Part shown: positions 1-9,188 of the stretch, in pieces
Layout: every line of letters begins with the position of its first letter
Position numbering within the stretch: position 1 is the stretch's first letter
Assembly (NCBI RefSeq): GCF_002087085.1
Contig: NZ_MWQY01000009.1
Coordinates: forward strand, 1-64,000
Length of the DNA: 64,000 bases
Direction: 5' to 3'
Notes under the pieces: model-generated
Databases searched by the model: none
Told to the model about the DNA's origin: nothing
The model's input: the letters and a program-made list of their open reading frames with translations, nothing else
Program-made: the position numbers and the translations under genes

Positions 1-41
1 CCCTCCAGAGCTCATCACCCCGTCGCTTCAGCGTGATCGCA

Positions 42-70
42 GTTATATCACTACAGCCTCTTTATGTCAA
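42..70 (-). promoter_or_regulatory. sigma70-type promoter (P2-like) transcribing out of the left edge
   Basis: Minus strand TTGACA (70-65), 17 nt, TATAAC (47-42), preceded by TGa (extended -10). Confidence 0.7.
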
Positions 71-219
71 GCCGGTTTTTACCGGATTTCCTTGAAAAAG
101 CTGTTGATGATTCCGCTGCAACAGCAGAACCGTATCAGTGTCAGGTTCGAAAAATCTTGAAGAAAATCGACTCTGTTGACTGGTTCTGAAGATGTTCCCT
201 TTTGGCGGGAACGAAGGTA

Positions 220-248
220 AATATAGTTAAAACCTGTATTATTGTCAA
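220..248 (-). promoter_or_regulatory. sigma70-type promoter (P1-like), tandem with the promoter at 42-70
   Basis: Minus strand TTGACA (248-243), 17 nt, TATATT (225-220). Confidence 0.75.
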
Positions 249-256
249 GCACTAAT

Positions 257-1051
257 TCAGGCTCTTTTTGAAACTGACAGGATAATTCCGGCGGCTTCTG
301 CAAATCCCTCTCCATGTGATTTGTTGGTAACAAAGGAGGGCGGGTTTTTCATCAGGGTCAGGAAAGGTTCAATATTCCTGACCCCGCAGGCCAGAGGAAA
401 AAATGAGAACATTGGCTCATCATTGGGAGAATCTCCGCAAAAAAAGACACGTTCCTTCTGATCCTGCTCCGTCAATTTGTAATGAGTAGCCAGCAGCTCC
501 CTGGCCATATCCAGCTTGCTGTAGTCGCCGAACCAGGTGTTCACGTGAATGGAGCTGATTTTTGCTGTCGCACCCTTCGATTCACACAACTCCTTTATCC
601 TGACCGCCGTCTCCATGCCGAAGCGTGGAGGATCCTCCGCAAAATCCAGGGCCAGGTCGAACCAGCGAAAAGACTGGTCTCTTGCCACCTTAAGGCCGGG
701 AATCTCTTCCAGAACAAAATCACGGATATCCTTCAGCCTTTTTTGTACATCATCCCCGGCTACCGACCTGTGCATGATCAAATCATATCCGAATTGAGTC
801 CGAAGCATGACAAAGGCACCGTTCTCTCCAACCACCGCATCCACAGGCCATTGCCTGATGATCATATCACACCAGCCGGCGGGTCTTCCGGTAACCGGAA
901 CAATCCTTAACCCGGCACGGTACAGGGACCACAGGGCTTCGTAAGCCTGGGGCAGCAGAAAACCGTCCCGGGTTAGGGTGTCGTCAATATCGCAGAGTAT
1001 AAAGTCTATCCGGGAGGCGCTGCTCTCCGGAAGGGCCTGTATCGACTGCAC
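257..1051 (-). CDS. HAD-IIB family hydrolase
   Basis: Motif I CDIDDTLT, motif II VTGR, motif IV GDSPNDEPMF; GTG start. Confidence 0.85.
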   Translation of the reverse strand: MQSIQALPESSASRIDFILCDIDDTLTRDGFLLPQAYEALWSLYRAGLRIVPVTGRPAGWCDMIIRQWPVDAVVGENGAFVMLRTQFGYDLIMHRSVAGDDVQKRLKDIRDFVLEEIPGLKVARDQSFRWFDLALDFAEDPPRFGMETAVRIKELCESKGATAKISSIHVNTWFGDYSKLDMARELLATHYKLTEQDQKERVFFCGDSPNDEPMFSFFPLACGVRNIEPFLTLMKNPPSFVTNKSHGEGFAEAAGIILSVSKRA

Positions 1052-1054
1052 CCC

Positions 1055-1645
1055 TTACTCCTGAAAGGAATCCCGCAATACCGGCACAGCAGCCTTTAAA
1101 TAGGTAATAAAGGAAGCTACCGATGCCACCGCAGCCATAATGAATACCGCCAGGGTAACCCTTTCAAACAGATGCAGGTAGGATGAGAACAGGTTCAGCC
1201 TGAAGGCGGAAACAGTCACCAGACCCAGAACTCCGGCAATCGCGTATGTAACGGCCTTGAGTTTTCCCCAGACACTGGCTGCCATGGCAACACCTTTTCG
1301 AATAAGCACCATTCGCAAAAAAGTAATGGAGAACTCCCTGTAGAGCAGTACAGCGAGGATTACCACCGGCATGATTCCCGCAGCGGTAAAACAGATAAAA
1401 TAGGTTATGCGGCTCAGAACATCCGCAAAAGGGTCCAATACCTTTCCCAGGTCCGAAACCAGGTTGTACTTTCGCGCGATATAACCGTCCAGAACATCGG
1501 AGCTCTCAATCAGCAGGTAAAGCAGCCAGACAATAATAGTGCCGGGAAGCGTCATTGCACTGATCCAGTCGGGTGCAAGAAAAAAAAGCAGGAAAAGCGG
1601 TGTAATTACAATCCGCAAAACAGTCAGTTTATTCGGCAGGTTCAT
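1055..1645 (-). CDS. pgsA: CDP-diacylglycerol--glycerol-3-phosphate 3-phosphatidyltransferase
   Basis: MNLPNKLTVLRI N-terminus and the CDP-alcohol phosphotransferase motif DVLDGYIARKYNLVSDLGKVLDPFAD. Confidence 0.9.
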   Translation of the reverse strand: MNLPNKLTVLRIVITPLFLLFFLAPDWISAMTLPGTIIVWLLYLLIESSDVLDGYIARKYNLVSDLGKVLDPFADVLSRITYFICFTAAGIMPVVILAVLLYREFSITFLRMVLIRKGVAMAASVWGKLKAVTYAIAGVLGLVTVSAFRLNLFSSYLHLFERVTLAVFIMAAVASVASFITYLKAAVPVLRDSFQE

Positions 1646-1651
1646 ACCGAA

Positions 1652-1680
1652 ACCCTATAGCGCGGAGATTGCCTTGTCAA
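1652..1680 (-). promoter_or_regulatory. sigma70 promoter of pgsA (leaderless geometry)
   Basis: TTGACA-17-TAGGGT, then 6 nt to the ATG at 1645; no Shine-Dalgarno. Confidence 0.6.
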
Positions 1681-1731
1681 TAAGAGCGGCATGAGACTTC
1701 CGTTTAAATCAGAGGAAGAAAATGAAGGATC

Positions 1732-2022
1732 TTACACTGCATGAAAATCAAATTCCTGCAACAACGCAATGTATCGTTTATTTCTCGCAAATCGATAAAG
1801 GACCTTGTAGCCCTGGGAGACCTTCTTTCGCAGAATCGACCGCAATGCGCGGTCCATTTCACGGGCCGATTCATAGAGATAGACCTTCTCTCTTCCTGCG
1901 TTCGGCTCCCTGCCCCACACTACTGTGAGAGCATATTCGGTAAAAAGGTTTCCCTGGCGATCATGAACCGAGTAGTACCAGAAACTCCCTTTTGCATCTT
2001 CTTTAAAAAAGGTAATTATCAT
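1732..2022 (-). CDS. stand-alone WGR-domain protein
   Basis: YYSVHDRQGNLFTEYALTVVWGRE...RKKVSQGY matches the WGR pattern; start taken at ATG 2022. Confidence 0.75.
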   Translation of the reverse strand: MIITFFKEDAKGSFWYYSVHDRQGNLFTEYALTVVWGREPNAGREKVYLYESAREMDRALRSILRKKVSQGYKVLYRFARNKRYIALLQEFDFHAV

Positions 2023-2079
2023 GCAGTCCAAGTATCGGACTATTTTGCAGGAAATAATAGGGGGCTTGTCCGCTTTTTT

Positions 2080-2817
2080 TCAGTATCCTTCTTCTGAATG
2101 GAAAAAGACGGAATCTATGGTATAGGATTGAAGTAGATGGATATTGAAAAAACCCTTTGAGAGGTTCGCTCTGTGCCAGATGCCCAGGTCTCCCATCAAG
2201 TGAGAGAGAACCTCTGACAGGTCTAAAACAGGCCTGTCTTCCTGAAACTCAGAAAGAGAGACCTCCTCGCCCGCTTCGGTTACAAGGCCTCTCGCATACA
2301 GATACTCCCGCCGGGGCCATGGTACATACGGAGTCAGGCTGATCGATTCTCCCTCAATGGAAAAACTTTCTCCTTCAATTTCGATCAGTTGCGCCTTACC
2401 CCGATGACTCAGTTCCAGCACGCTTCCGGTATCGGTAAACCTGAGAACCGAGATCCGCAGGGGATACTCATGCACAGGTATTCCCGGTTCATTCTGTATC
2501 TGAAGGTATACCAGCAGATAAAGAGCTCCGAAAACCAGCAGAACCGGAGGAAATGATGCAAAAGGAAAACGTCCGATGAGAAATCCGATTACAGCAGCAC
2601 CGGTAAAGGGCAGCAGGAGAAGAACAGGAGCGGAAAGAAAATCCGGCGATACAACTATTCCTGAGCTGAAGGCCGTCAGTGCTACACTGAGAAAAAGAGC
2701 GAAACCGGTACCGCCGCTTTTGTCTTTAGAGAGTCTTTTAAAAAGGTACCCCAGGGAACAGCCCGCCGCCAGGCCTGAAAGATAGACCCAGAAAAAGGGG
2801 TTCCTCAGCAATTCCAC
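2080..2817 (-). CDS. hypothetical membrane protein (about 4 N-terminal TM helices plus a soluble C-terminal domain)
   Basis: GTG start after GGAGG/GAGG; hydrophobic N-terminal half; co-oriented with the M32 gene. Confidence 0.65.
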   Translation of the reverse strand: MELLRNPFFWVYLSGLAAGCSLGYLFKRLSKDKSGGTGFALFLSVALTAFSSGIVVSPDFLSAPVLLLLPFTGAAVIGFLIGRFPFASFPPVLLVFGALYLLVYLQIQNEPGIPVHEYPLRISVLRFTDTGSVLELSHRGKAQLIEIEGESFSIEGESISLTPYVPWPRREYLYARGLVTEAGEEVSLSEFQEDRPVLDLSEVLSHLMGDLGIWHRANLSKGFFNIHLLQSYTIDSVFFHSEEGY

Positions 2818-2838
2818 CTCTGGTCCTCCAGATCTGAA

Positions 2839-4353
2839 TCAGAATCCGTAAATCCCCCGATACTTGTTCTCCAGATAGTCCTGAAGAAAATCAGGCTTCA
2901 AGTCTTCTCCGCTTACTTCCCTGCACAGTTCCCCGGCAGTTTTTGATGCGCCATGACGATGTATTGAATCCCGGAGCCAGTTTCGAAGAACCGGGAAATC
3001 ACCGTTCCTGATTAAAGTATCGGTATCATGTACCGTATTCTCAAAGGCGGCCCAGAACTGGGCACCGTACAGATTTCCCAGAGCATAGGTGGGAAAATAT
3101 CCGATAGCTCCCATGGACCAGTGTATGTCCTGGAGTTCTCCCTCTGCACTTGTCTCCGGTTCTATCCCGAGAAGATCTCTGGAGGCCTCCCGCCAGGCGC
3201 CGGTAAGATCATCCACCTTCAAGTCTCCCCTTACCAGGGCCAGTTCGAGCCTGAAACGCAGGATAATATGGAGGCCGTAGGTTACCTCATCCGCATCTAT
3301 TCGGATATGGGTGGGAGAAACCCTGTTGATTCCCCGATAAAACGTATCCAGCCCGACATCTTTAAACTGGGAGGGAAAATACTCCCTGGCGAGGGGCAGG
3401 TAGTGTTCCCAGAAGGCCCGGCTGCGCCCGACCACGTTCTCCCAGGTACGGGACTGGCTTTCATGAATCCCCAGGGACGTTCCGGTGGCCAGGATATTTC
3501 CCGTTATTTCTTCATCAAAACCCTGCTCATACAGAGCATGTCCCGTTTCGTGAATAAGACCGAACAGCCCGGTCCCGAAGTATTCCTCCCGAAAGCGGCC
3601 GGTTATGCGCACGTCCCGGGCACCCAGGGTTGTGGTAAAGGGATGAGCGGTTTCGTCGATTCGGCCCCCGGAAAAATCAAATCCCAGCTCTTTTACAATC
3701 TGACGGGCAAATTTCCGCTGTTTTTCCAGGCTGAAGGACTGATAGAGGAATGCGTCGTCAACCTGGGGTCTTTCTGATATCCGGGAAGCGAGACCCTTTA
3801 AAGAGGATTCCAGACCGGAAAAAACCCGGGAGATCTCCGATGTGGTCATCCATGGTTCGTACTCATCCAGGAGCGCATCATAGGGATGATCCTGGTACCC
3901 CACGGCCTGGGCCTTCTCCACTACCAGGGAGAGAACTTTTTCCAGATACGGCTTAAAGAGGGCAAAATCGTTTTTTCCCCTCGCCTCAGCCCAGGCAGCC
4001 TGCCCCGCACTGGTGGCCCGGGCAATGGCTTCTACAAGGGTCGAGGGAATCCGGATCTGCCGTGTATATGCACGATAGAGCTCCCGCAGATAGGCTCCGT
4101 CCCGGGTATCCGCCCCGGCTGAACCCCAGGGTGCGTCATCACTGCAACCGCAGGCTGCAAGAAGTTCTCCAACCCTTGGGGAGGTAAGTTTTTTATGTGC
4201 CAGGGATTGCAGCAGAGCCAGCTGTTCTCCCCTCTCCGGCAGGGCCGCCGGGGGAATATAGGTTTCCTGGTCCCAGGCAAGGATCGCCGAGGATTCGTTC
4301 AAAAGCTGATACTCCCGGGTCATGCCTTTCAGTTCGCCGATATAATCCCTCAT
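2839..4353 (-). CDS. carboxypeptidase, peptidase family M32
   Basis: HETGH zinc motif plus HPF, HESQ, IRIDAD, QDIHW and GYFPTYALG motifs. Confidence 0.93.
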   Translation of the reverse strand: MRDYIGELKGMTREYQLLNESSAILAWDQETYIPPAALPERGEQLALLQSLAHKKLTSPRVGELLAACGCSDDAPWGSAGADTRDGAYLRELYRAYTRQIRIPSTLVEAIARATSAGQAAWAEARGKNDFALFKPYLEKVLSLVVEKAQAVGYQDHPYDALLDEYEPWMTTSEISRVFSGLESSLKGLASRISERPQVDDAFLYQSFSLEKQRKFARQIVKELGFDFSGGRIDETAHPFTTTLGARDVRITGRFREEYFGTGLFGLIHETGHALYEQGFDEEITGNILATGTSLGIHESQSRTWENVVGRSRAFWEHYLPLAREYFPSQFKDVGLDTFYRGINRVSPTHIRIDADEVTYGLHIILRFRLELALVRGDLKVDDLTGAWREASRDLLGIEPETSAEGELQDIHWSMGAIGYFPTYALGNLYGAQFWAAFENTVHDTDTLIRNGDFPVLRNWLRDSIHRHGASKTAGELCREVSGEDLKPDFLQDYLENKYRGIYGF

Positions 4354-4362
4354 GCCAGGCCC

Positions 4363-6138
4363 CTAGAGTTCCTTTTTGTCAGAAATAACCGAGTTTGTCC
4401 TGGCTATAAAGTCATTAAGGGGTATTCCGTTCTCCTGTTTTCCGCTTCTGAAGCGTACAGATACAGCCCCGGCTTCGGCCTCTTTTTCTCCCAGAATCAG
4501 CATGTAGGGAATCTTGTCCTGCTGGGCGTTTCGAATCTTGGCATTCAGCCTGTCATCACTGTCGTCAAGATCGACCCGGAATCCTGCCTCCTTGAGTTGC
4601 CTGTAGACAGTGTCGGCATACTCTTCAAAGGCGGCGGCCACGGGGATAACCATAATCTGGGTCGGGGCAAGCCAGACCGGAAAAGCCCCGCCGTAGTGTT
4701 CTATCAGTACGCCGAAAAATCGTTCAAGAGATCCCAGCAGGGCACGGTGCACCATGTAGGGACGTTTCTCGGCACCGGACTTGTCGGTGTAGGTCATGTT
4801 AAAACGTTCAGGTTCGTTGAAATCGAACTGAACCGTTGAAAGCTGCCAGGAGCGGCCCAGGGCATCCTTGATCTTAAGGTCGATCTTGGGTCCGTAGAAG
4901 GCTCCTCCCCCTTCATCCACCTCATACTCCAGCCCCTCTGCTTCAATGGCTTTTCTGAGGGATTCTTCCGCCAGCTTCCACTGATCGGGATCTCCCACGG
5001 CCTTCTCGGGCATGGTTGAAAGGTAGGCCTGAATATCCTTGAATCCGAAGGACCTGAGCATATGGAGAGAAAAGCGCAGTACTTCGAGGATTTCGTCCTC
5101 CACCTGCTCGGGGGTACAGAAAATATGCGCATCGTCCTGGGTAAATCCACGAACCCGCAAGAGCCCGTGGAGGGTTCCCGACTTTTCATAGCGATAGACC
5201 GTTCCCAGCTCCGCCCAGCGGAAGGGCAGCTCCCGGTAGGAGTGCTTGTTGGTCTTGTAGATCATTATATGAAAAGGGCAGTTCATGGGCTTGGCATAAT
5301 AGTTGGCCTTATCCATGATCATCTCGGGGTACATGCCTTCGGCGTAGAAATCCAGGTGTCCGGAGGTTTCCCAGAGCCAGGATTTACCCACATGGGGGGT
5401 AAAGAGGAACTCATAGCCGTTTTTGCGATGCTCGTCCCGCCAGAAATCTTCGATGGCCACCCGGATGCGAGCCCCTTTGGGATGCCAGTACACGAGTCCG
5501 GGCCCCGCCTCTTCATGGGTGCTGAAGAGATCCAGTTCCCGTCCGACCTTCCGGTGGTCCCGCTTTTCCAGCTCCTCCAGCTGCTGAAGATAAAGCCTCA
5601 GGTCCTTGGGATTGGTCCAGGCGGTTCCATAGATACGCTGCAGCATGGGACGCTTTTCGTCTCCCCTCCAGTAGGCACCTGCAATGGAGAGGAGCTTGAA
5701 ACTTTGAGGATTCAGCTTCGAGGTGCTCTCCACATGAGGCCCCCGGCACAGGTCGGTAAAATCCCCCTGGCTGTAGATCGAGATCTCCTCGCCCTCCGGC
5801 AGTTCGTTGATAAGCTCTACCTTGTAGGGCTGGTCGGCAAATCGCTCCAGGGCGTCCTCCCTGGTTATAACCCTTCTCTCAAAGGAAAGTCCCTTCCTGA
5901 TGATCTCCTGCATGCGCAGGGTAATATCTTCCAGGTCCTCCTCTTTCAGGGAACGGGGAAGATCAAAATCGTAATAAAAACCGTTCTCTATGGCCGGCCC
6001 GATGGCGACCTTTCCGTCCGGAAACATCTGCAGCACCGCCTCGGCCATTACATGGGCCATGGAGTGGCGTATCCGGTGAAGTTTCTCCTCTTTGGCGTCT
6101 GCCTTGGATTCTGCCGCTTTGATATCCTCTTTGCTCAT
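4363..6138 (-). CDS. thrS: threonine--tRNA ligase (short form without the N-terminal TGS domain)
   Basis: RHSMAHVMAEAV, DLCRGPHV, RDHRKVG, KPMNCP, RGFTQDDAH, HRALLGSLERF; start at ATG 6138 after GAGGT. Confidence 0.97.
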   Translation of the reverse strand: MSKEDIKAAESKADAKEEKLHRIRHSMAHVMAEAVLQMFPDGKVAIGPAIENGFYYDFDLPRSLKEEDLEDITLRMQEIIRKGLSFERRVITREDALERFADQPYKVELINELPEGEEISIYSQGDFTDLCRGPHVESTSKLNPQSFKLLSIAGAYWRGDEKRPMLQRIYGTAWTNPKDLRLYLQQLEELEKRDHRKVGRELDLFSTHEEAGPGLVYWHPKGARIRVAIEDFWRDEHRKNGYEFLFTPHVGKSWLWETSGHLDFYAEGMYPEMIMDKANYYAKPMNCPFHIMIYKTNKHSYRELPFRWAELGTVYRYEKSGTLHGLLRVRGFTQDDAHIFCTPEQVEDEILEVLRFSLHMLRSFGFKDIQAYLSTMPEKAVGDPDQWKLAEESLRKAIEAEGLEYEVDEGGGAFYGPKIDLKIKDALGRSWQLSTVQFDFNEPERFNMTYTDKSGAEKRPYMVHRALLGSLERFFGVLIEHYGGAFPVWLAPTQIMVIPVAAAFEEYADTVYRQLKEAGFRVDLDDSDDRLNAKIRNAQQDKIPYMLILGEKEAEAGAVSVRFRSGKQENGIPLNDFIARTNSVISDKKEL

Positions 6139-6325
6139 TGAAGCACCTCGCTTTATCCTGTTGGTTCTTTTGGGCATCTCTGAAAACTATTCTTTTTCCC
6201 ACATTCTGCGTCGTCAAGATTTCCCGCGGTCCTCACCACTTGTTATCACAAGAGTTTGCGGGCGCTACAAAACCTTTCCTCCCTGACTATGAAAAAAATA
6301 CCACGCTTTCAGAGGTTCCCAATAT

Positions 6326-6682
6326 ACAAAAAGCCTTCAGGGCTCATCCCACCCACGACCCCTGATACGGTCGTACAGGTAAGGACGAAGGCCTGAAGGC
6401 TCTCCGCGGTTCCACCTTACTTCGCCGTTGGCAGTCTATTTTCCTTTTACGGGTACGACTGACGGCGCCCTCAATTCTTCCCTTTTCCCGCTCTTCAGAG
6501 CGGAAGGCATCACCCTACGGCGGAAGTTTCTCCGGCACAGCTTAATGGGAGACAGTCTCCGTTCAGCCTGCAGCTCGGAAGGGGTTTTCTCCCCGGACGG
6601 AACAGGCGGCTTCCAGCCATCTACCAAACGGCCGCCCTCTCTGGTGATCCGCACCCGAAGATACTCGTCTTCGTCACAGCTT
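6326..6682 (-). promoter_or_regulatory. T-box riboswitch (Thr specifier ACC) with intrinsic terminator, upstream of thrS
   Basis: Minus strand GCTGTGA..GAAGA..AGTA (6680-6662), AGAGAG box (6642-6637), GCTGGAA (6617-6611), GAAA-ACC specifier (6585-6583), T-box AAGGTGGAACCGCG (6418-6405); antiterminator GTAAGG/CCTTAC; terminator AGCCTTCAGG/CCTGAAGGCT followed by TTTT. Confidence 0.9.
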
Positions 6683-6690
6683 TATATTAT

Positions 6691-6719
6691 TAGATACTAA
6701 AAAGAGCCCCCCCTGTCAA
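6691..6719 (-). promoter_or_regulatory. sigma70 promoter for the T-box/thrS transcript
   Basis: TTGACA (6719-6714), 17 nt, TATCTA, just upstream of the T-box 5' end. Confidence 0.55.
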
Positions 6720-7489
6720 CCATAAACCGGTGTCCTGCCCCTGTACCCCATGCGAAGACTGATGGATCTGGCAGTTTCCATGACAAGCCGGGCATTACGC
6801 TCGGTTACATCAGCCTCCGTATAGGACAGGTCCCAGGAGGTACTTACGGCGGCAATAACCATATTCCGGTAGTCCAGGATGGGGGCGGAGACGCATTTCA
6901 TCCCCAGCTCCACCTCTTCATTATCGATGGAGTACCCCCTCTCCCGGGAGATATGAATCTCCCGTATCAGGGATTCCACGTCGGTGATGGTATTGTCTGT
7001 GAACCGGCTCATGGCAGCGGGGTCGACGATCTCCCGTATCTCGTCATCAGAGCAGCCGGTTAGCAGAGATTTTCCCAGAGCCGTACAATACAGGGGGCGT
7101 CGCTGTCCTATAAAACAGTAGTCCCGTATCTCGTTGTGCTTTTCCGTCTTGTCGATATAGACCACCTCACCGTCCTGCTGTATCGCCAGAAAAACCACCT
7201 GCCCGGTCTGCTGCATCAGTTTTCGAAGGTAAACCTGAGCCTCGGTCTTAAGCTCGAGACTGTTGAGCAGGCCGCTGCACAGCTCGATAAAGGCGAGCCC
7301 CAGACGGTAGACATTCGGAGATTCGCTCTTTTCAATGTAGTTACGGTCCCTGAGCACCTTCAGCAGACGATGCACCGTGCTCTTGGGCAGATCGATCTTT
7401 TCGCTGATCTCGGTAAGAGAGAGTCCGCTTTCAAAATGCGACAGCAACTCAAGGATATCAAAGGTACGGTCGATGGATTGTACGCTCAT
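6716..7489 (-). CDS. IclR-family transcriptional regulator (KdgR-like)
   Basis: SVQSIDRTFDILELL...LPKSTVHRLL HTH and GYSIDNEE...CVSAPI effector domain; start ATG 7489 after GGAAGGAG; last gene of the kdu operon. Confidence 0.9.
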   Translation of the reverse strand: MSVQSIDRTFDILELLSHFESGLSLTEISEKIDLPKSTVHRLLKVLRDRNYIEKSESPNVYRLGLAFIELCSGLLNSLELKTEAQVYLRKLMQQTGQVVFLAIQQDGEVVYIDKTEKHNEIRDYCFIGQRRPLYCTALGKSLLTGCSDDEIREIVDPAAMSRFTDNTITDVESLIREIHISRERGYSIDNEEVELGMKCVSAPILDYRNMVIAAVSTSWDLSYTEADVTERNARLVMETARSISLRMGYRGRTPVYG

Positions 7490-7559
7490 GTTAGGTGTTA
7501 CTCCTTCCGGGTCTGACAATCAACCCATCAACCATACAACTTTTTGAAATCTTTTTCAT

Positions 7560-8318
7560 CTATCGGGCCAGCCAACCACCGTCGACTGCAATGGTATAGC
7601 CCTGAATGTAATCCGAAGCCGGCGACGCCAGAAATACAACCGGTCCCTGCAGGTCTTCCGGAAGCCCCCAGCGTCCCGCGGGTATACGTCCCAGTATTTC
7701 CGCACTCCGCTCTTTGTCTGCGCGGAGAGGTGCCGTGTTGTTTGTGGCCATATAACCGGGGGCAAGGGCATTCACATTGATATTGTACTTTGCCCATTCG
7801 TTGGCCATCAGACGGGTTATTCCCATAACCCCGCTTTTACTCGCGGTATAGGAAGGAACCCTGATACCTCCCTGAAACGAAAGCATGGATGCAATGTTTA
7901 TGATCTTGCCGCCCTGTTTCTGTTTGATGAACTGCCGGGCCGCGGCCTGGCTCATGAAAAAGACCGTTTTGACGTTGATGTTCATGACATCATCCCAGTC
8001 CTTCTCGCTGAAATTTATCGAGTCCTCCCGCCGTATAATGCCTGCATTGTTGACAAGAATATCGATTCTGCCGAATTCTTTGACCGCCTTCTCAATAATT
8101 CCATCTATCGGTTCAATACTCATCAGGTCGGCTTTGATTTCCAGGTATCTCCTTCCTGATTTATCAACAAGAGCGGCGGTCTCCTGGGATTCAACATAAT
8201 CCACACCTACAATATCAGCCCCTGCGGCTGCCAGCCCCAGGGCCATTCCCTGACCAAGTCCGGTGGATGCACCGGTTACGATTGCAACTTTTCCACTGAG
8301 ATCAAATGACAGGCTCAC
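7560..8318 (-). CDS. kduD: 2-dehydro-3-deoxy-D-gluconate 5-dehydrogenase
   Basis: SDR TGASTGLG, NIASMLSFQGGIRVPSYTASK, C-terminal VDGGWLAR; adjacent to kduI. Confidence 0.95.
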   Translation of the reverse strand: MSLSFDLSGKVAIVTGASTGLGQGMALGLAAAGADIVGVDYVESQETAALVDKSGRRYLEIKADLMSIEPIDGIIEKAVKEFGRIDILVNNAGIIRREDSINFSEKDWDDVMNINVKTVFFMSQAAARQFIKQKQGGKIINIASMLSFQGGIRVPSYTASKSGVMGITRLMANEWAKYNINVNALAPGYMATNNTAPLRADKERSAEILGRIPAGRWGLPEDLQGPVVFLASPASDYIQGYTIAVDGGWLAR

Positions 8319-8336
8319 CTTTCTTCTCCTTGTTCC

Positions 8337-9167
8337 TTATTTGAGAGCTTCCATGGCTATATGGTCCATATCCGTGAATGTCTGGTTTTCGCCAACCATG
8401 CCCCAGATAAAAGCGTAGCGTCCGGTTCCGACGCCGGAATGGATCGACCAGCTGGGCATTATAAGCGCCTCCTTGTTTTTAACGATAATGTGCCTGGTTT
8501 CGGAGGGTTCCCCGATAAAATGGAATACCCGCGTGTTTTCCTCCATACCGAAGTAGAGATACACCTCCATTCGACGATCATGGGTATGGGCGGGCATGGT
8601 GTTCCAGATGGAGCCCTCTTTAAGCAGGGTCATCCCCATTACCAGCTGACAGCTCGCCACCACATCGGGATGCACATACTGGTGAATGGTCCGCTCATTC
8701 GATTCTTCCCGGGACCCGAGATTGACCTCTTTGGCATCCTTCAGGGTGATTATCCTGGAAGGACATGATTTGTGGGCCGGAGCGCTGTTGATATAAAAAT
8801 TCGCAGGATTATCGGAGGATCCGCTTTCGAAGCGGACCTCTTTCGTTCCCGCCCCAAGATAGAGCCCGTCCCGGGGGCCGAGCTTATAGGTCGTCTCTTC
8901 CGTGACGATTCTGCCCGGTCCCCCGATGTTGATGATCCCCGCCTCCCTTCGCTGGAAAAAGAAATCAGCCCCGAGTTCACTTCCCGCTTCAAGAGAAAGT
9001 GCCTCGTTGAGGGGTACCGCACTTCCGGCTATTATTCTGTCCACATGACTGTAGGTAAGGCGGATCTCTCCGGGGGCAAACAGGTCATCGATCAGAAAAT
9101 GCCTGCGCAGAGCCGATGTATCAAAGGTCTTCCCGTGTTCGGGATGTACTGCATAACGAACATCCAT
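8337..9167 (-). CDS. kduI: 4-deoxy-L-threo-5-hexosulose-uronate ketol-isomerase
   Basis: YSHVDR, WNTMPAHTHDRRMEVYLYF, PSWSIHSGVGT, GENQTFTDMD. Confidence 0.96.
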   Translation of the reverse strand: MDVRYAVHPEHGKTFDTSALRRHFLIDDLFAPGEIRLTYSHVDRIIAGSAVPLNEALSLEAGSELGADFFFQRREAGIINIGGPGRIVTEETTYKLGPRDGLYLGAGTKEVRFESGSSDNPANFYINSAPAHKSCPSRIITLKDAKEVNLGSREESNERTIHQYVHPDVVASCQLVMGMTLLKEGSIWNTMPAHTHDRRMEVYLYFGMEENTRVFHFIGEPSETRHIIVKNKEALIMPSWSIHSGVGTGRYAFIWGMVGENQTFTDMDHIAMEALK

Positions 9168-9188
9168 TGTGTTCTCCTTGTAGAGTTA

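Noticed and set aside
1..14. CCCTCCAGAGCTCA resembles the 3' end of a tRNA on the + strand
   Set aside because: Only 14 nt are visible, and the minus-strand promoters imply transcription the other way
79..333. 84-aa minus-strand ORF
   Set aside because: Overlaps the HAD gene end and the promoter region; no recognisable motifs
6428..6700. ORFs 6428..6700 (+) and 6436..6654 (-)
   Set aside because: They lie within the T-box leader RNA and are chance frames
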